Source of the DNA: Squalus acanthias
Taxonomy: Eukaryota
Direction of reading: 5' to 3'
Assembly: GCA_030390025.1 (NCBI GenBank)
Contig: CM059432.1
Location: 55,740,001-55,804,000, forward strand
Length of the DNA: 64,000 nucleotides
Position numbers and translations under genes: made by a program. Below the pieces are notes generated by a model, which saw nothing but the letters and a program-made list of their open reading frames with translations, had not been told where the DNA came from and did no database searches. Each line of letters begins with the position of its first letter. The stretch's first letter is position 1. Positions 61,077-64,000 of the stretch are shown one piece after another.

Positions 61077-62651
61077 GGGCTCGATTTTGCCAGGCCCGAG
61101 GAGGCGGGATTGGAGGCGTGTGAGTTGTTAAAATCGCCAAAAATGGCGGGCGGGCCCGATCCTGCCTCCATCCTGCCTCCGAGCAATTTCCCCAAAAGCG
61201 TGTTTTCTGACCCCCTTTCCATCCTGCCTCCAAGAGGCGGGATAGGCCCTTAAGGCCCTTAACAACCATTTAATAGCCTCTATAATCCCATTTTGAGATG
61301 ACTTTCCGCTTTTTAGTCATTCCCCCCATCCCTCACGCCTCCTCTGGAACACGCCAGGTAATGCTGGCGGCCTCACAAGTAGATTGCTTACGAACAGCTG
61401 CAGCTCCACCATTACAACGGAGTTTTCACCAATGATCATTTGCAGGTGGCAGAACTTTGTTGTTTCAGGTCTGGGGAAATTTAGCAGGCATACTCAGTGT
61501 TGTGGAAGTTTGGAGCCTGACACCCATCTCCAGTGTGACCTCCTGGGAAACCCCTCTCCCCACCTTGACTAAACGCTTCCTCAACTGAGGCATATACCAA
61601 AAGCATGGCAACCATTTAATTCCTTTCCTCCTGGACATCAGATTCGGATGAAGACCAGCCGCGGCAGCAGCAGCAGCAGAACCATGAGCAACAGCAGTAC
61701 CAACAGCAGGAGCATCAACAGGAGCGCCAAGCTGCTAGTGACCCACCTGAAGATGCACAGGCCAGAAGTCGCCAGAACACGACCATATTGCTGCCTGGGA
61801 TGCAAGGGATGCACTCATGTTGGTCACATTTGCTTAGCCTGTACAATCAAACACTTTTGCCTCGCACCTTCTTACCAGAGCATCGACAAGAACCTGCGGA
61901 TTCCTATCACTCTGACCACCATACTGACAATTGCAAGTCGCTCTAAGCCCTCAATGTGGAAGTCCCATTTGCGAAATGACACAGGTCACAACTTCAACAG
62001 TTTGCCATCAGAATTTTTTTATCACAACAAGCAACTGGTGGCATTTCAAAAATAAACACAACATAACACCCAAGTGACTACCCTTGTGACTACTTGTGCA
62101 TTATCTTCCTCTTACGCATGCTCCTACGTGGTGCTTCCCCTGTGGCTTCAGCAGATGTGGAGGCCCCTTGCTCACTTTCTTGCTGCTCCTGTCTCGACAC
62201 CTTTGGCAGCCGTCCTCTGGGGTTGCGAACCTGTGAGGGCTCGGCAACAGTCTGCTGCTCCTGCGGCTGTGCAGGGGATGAGATGCCCATCTCAGTTGGG
62301 TGAGGACTCTGGTGGGGCTCTGACCGAGGGCTTTGCAGTGGCATGGTCGTTTGAGCGCTTCGAGAGGAGCCCCCACTTCCTTGTTGTCTGCCACCAACAT
62401 CCCTCTCATGGGTCAGCCCCACTTCAGAGCTAGCAAGTGGCTTGACAGCACCTTGCTGCACTTCAGGGGGGCCATGAGGACCTGTTTCTGCACTGGAAGT
62501 CCTACTCCAGAGGACTTCCATGAAGGTCTGGTTTCTATGCTCAGTAGCTGACCATCGCTCCTCAAGAGATACCAGTCTATTCTGAACAATGGCCATGTTT
62601 TCTACACTCTGGCGACTTAGCTCCTCCATGGCGTTGCCATCCTCTCCTCTA
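61077..62651. mobile_element. Harbinger derivative with probable transposase N-terminus (+, ~61606-61800) and Myb-protein C-terminus (-, 62090-62650)
   Basis: TIR-like GGGCTCGATTTT; Q-rich start; convergent ORF ending in a basic NLS-like PRRSMRKRK. Family assignment inferred from architecture. Confidence 0.6.
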
Positions 62652-64000
62652 ATAGAAACATAGAAACATAGAAGATAGGAGCAGAAGTAGGCCATTCAGC
62701 CCCTCGAGCCTGTTCTGCCATTTAATGAGATCATGGCTGATCATCCAAATTCAGTACCCTGTCCCTGCTTTCTCCCCATATCCCTTGATCCCTTTAGCCT
62801 TAAGAAATATATCTAACTCCTTCTTGAATATATTTAATGAATTGGCCTCAACTGCCTTCTGTGGTAGAGAATTCCACAGGTTCACCACTCTCTGGGTGAA
62901 GAAATTCCTCCTCATCTCAGTCCTAAATGGCTTACCCCTTATCCTTAGACTGTGACCCCTGGTTCTAGACTCCCCCGCCATCGGGAACATCCTTCCTGCA
63001 TCTAGTCTGTCTAGTCCTGTTAGAATTTTATAAGTTTCAATGAGATCCCCTCTCGTTCTTTGAAACTCTAGCGAATATAAGCCTAATCGACTCAATCTCT
63101 CCTCATACGTCATTCCTGCCATCCCAGGTATCAGTCTGGTGAATCTTCGCTGCACTCCCTCCATGGCAAGAACATCCTTCCTCAGATAAGGTGACCAAAA
63201 CTGCACACAATACTCAAGGTGTGGTCTCACCAAGGCCCTGTACAACTGCAGCAAGACATCCTTACTCCTGTACTCGAATCCTCTCGCTATGAAGGCCAAC
63301 ATACCATTTGCCTTCTGAACCGCCTGCTGCACCTACATGCTTACCTTCAGCGACTGGTGCACAAGGACACCTACTTCCCATTTTCCCAATCTATTGCCGT
63401 TCAGATAATAATCTGTCTTCCTGTTTTTGCCACCGAAGTGGATAACCTCGCATTTATCCACATTATACTGCATTTGCCATGCATCTGCCCAATCACCCAA
63501 CCTGTCCAAATCATACTGGAGTTTGTCTGCATCCTCCTCACAGCACACACGCCCACCCAGCTTTGTGTCGTCTGCAAACTTGGAGATATTACATCTAGTT
63601 CCCTCGTCTAGATCATTTATATATATTGTGAATAGCTGGGGTCCTAGCACCGATCCCTGCGGTACCCCACTAGTCACTGCCTGCCACTCGGAAAAAGACC
63701 CGTTTATTCCAACTCTTTGCTTCCTGTCTACCAACCAGTTCTCTATCCAAGACAGTACCTTACCCCCAATCCCGTGTGCTTTAACTTTGCACGCTAATCT
63801 CTTATGCGGGACCTTATCGAAAGCCTTCTGAAAGTCCAAATACACCACATCCACTGGTTCTCCCTTATCTATTCTACCAGTTACATCCTCAAAAAATTCC
63901 AGTAGATTAGTCAAGCATGATTTCCCTTTTGTAAATCCATGTTGACTTTGTCCGATCCTGTCACTGTTTTCCAAGTGCTCTGCTATTACATCTTTTATAA
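62652..64000 (-). mobile_element. CR1 LINE with 3' tail, continues beyond window
   Basis: ORFs 63333-63974 and 62751-63332; (TTTCTATG)n tail at 62652-62672. Confidence 0.95.

Overview
Eukaryotic, TE-dense, apparently gene-poor (intergenic or intronic) DNA from a cartilaginous fish, most likely a shark, judged from HE1 V-SINE, SacSINE1-like DeuSINEs and abundant CR1/L2 LINEs. No host protein-coding gene could be identified with confidence. Every long ORF belongs to a transposon: CR1 and L2 reverse transcriptases, Neptune-type Penelope RT/GIY-YIG, and a Harbinger transposase and Myb/SANT protein, all disrupted or truncated. The window also holds an LTR element with a tRNA-Leu primer-binding site, a 4.1-kb hAT-Charlie element with nested inserts, and a TE-free CpG-retaining block at about 38.1-41.0 kb. 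The most notable pattern involves ORF-less Penelope pseudo-LTR units carrying minimal hammerhead ribozyme motifs, several inserted as head-to-head palindromes with 10-15 bp target-site duplications. In two of them, different Harbinger MITEs have inserted at exactly the same trinucleotide, the GUU ribozyme cleavage triplet. Family names come from recognised motifs only; no database search was run. Boundaries of old repeats are approximate.
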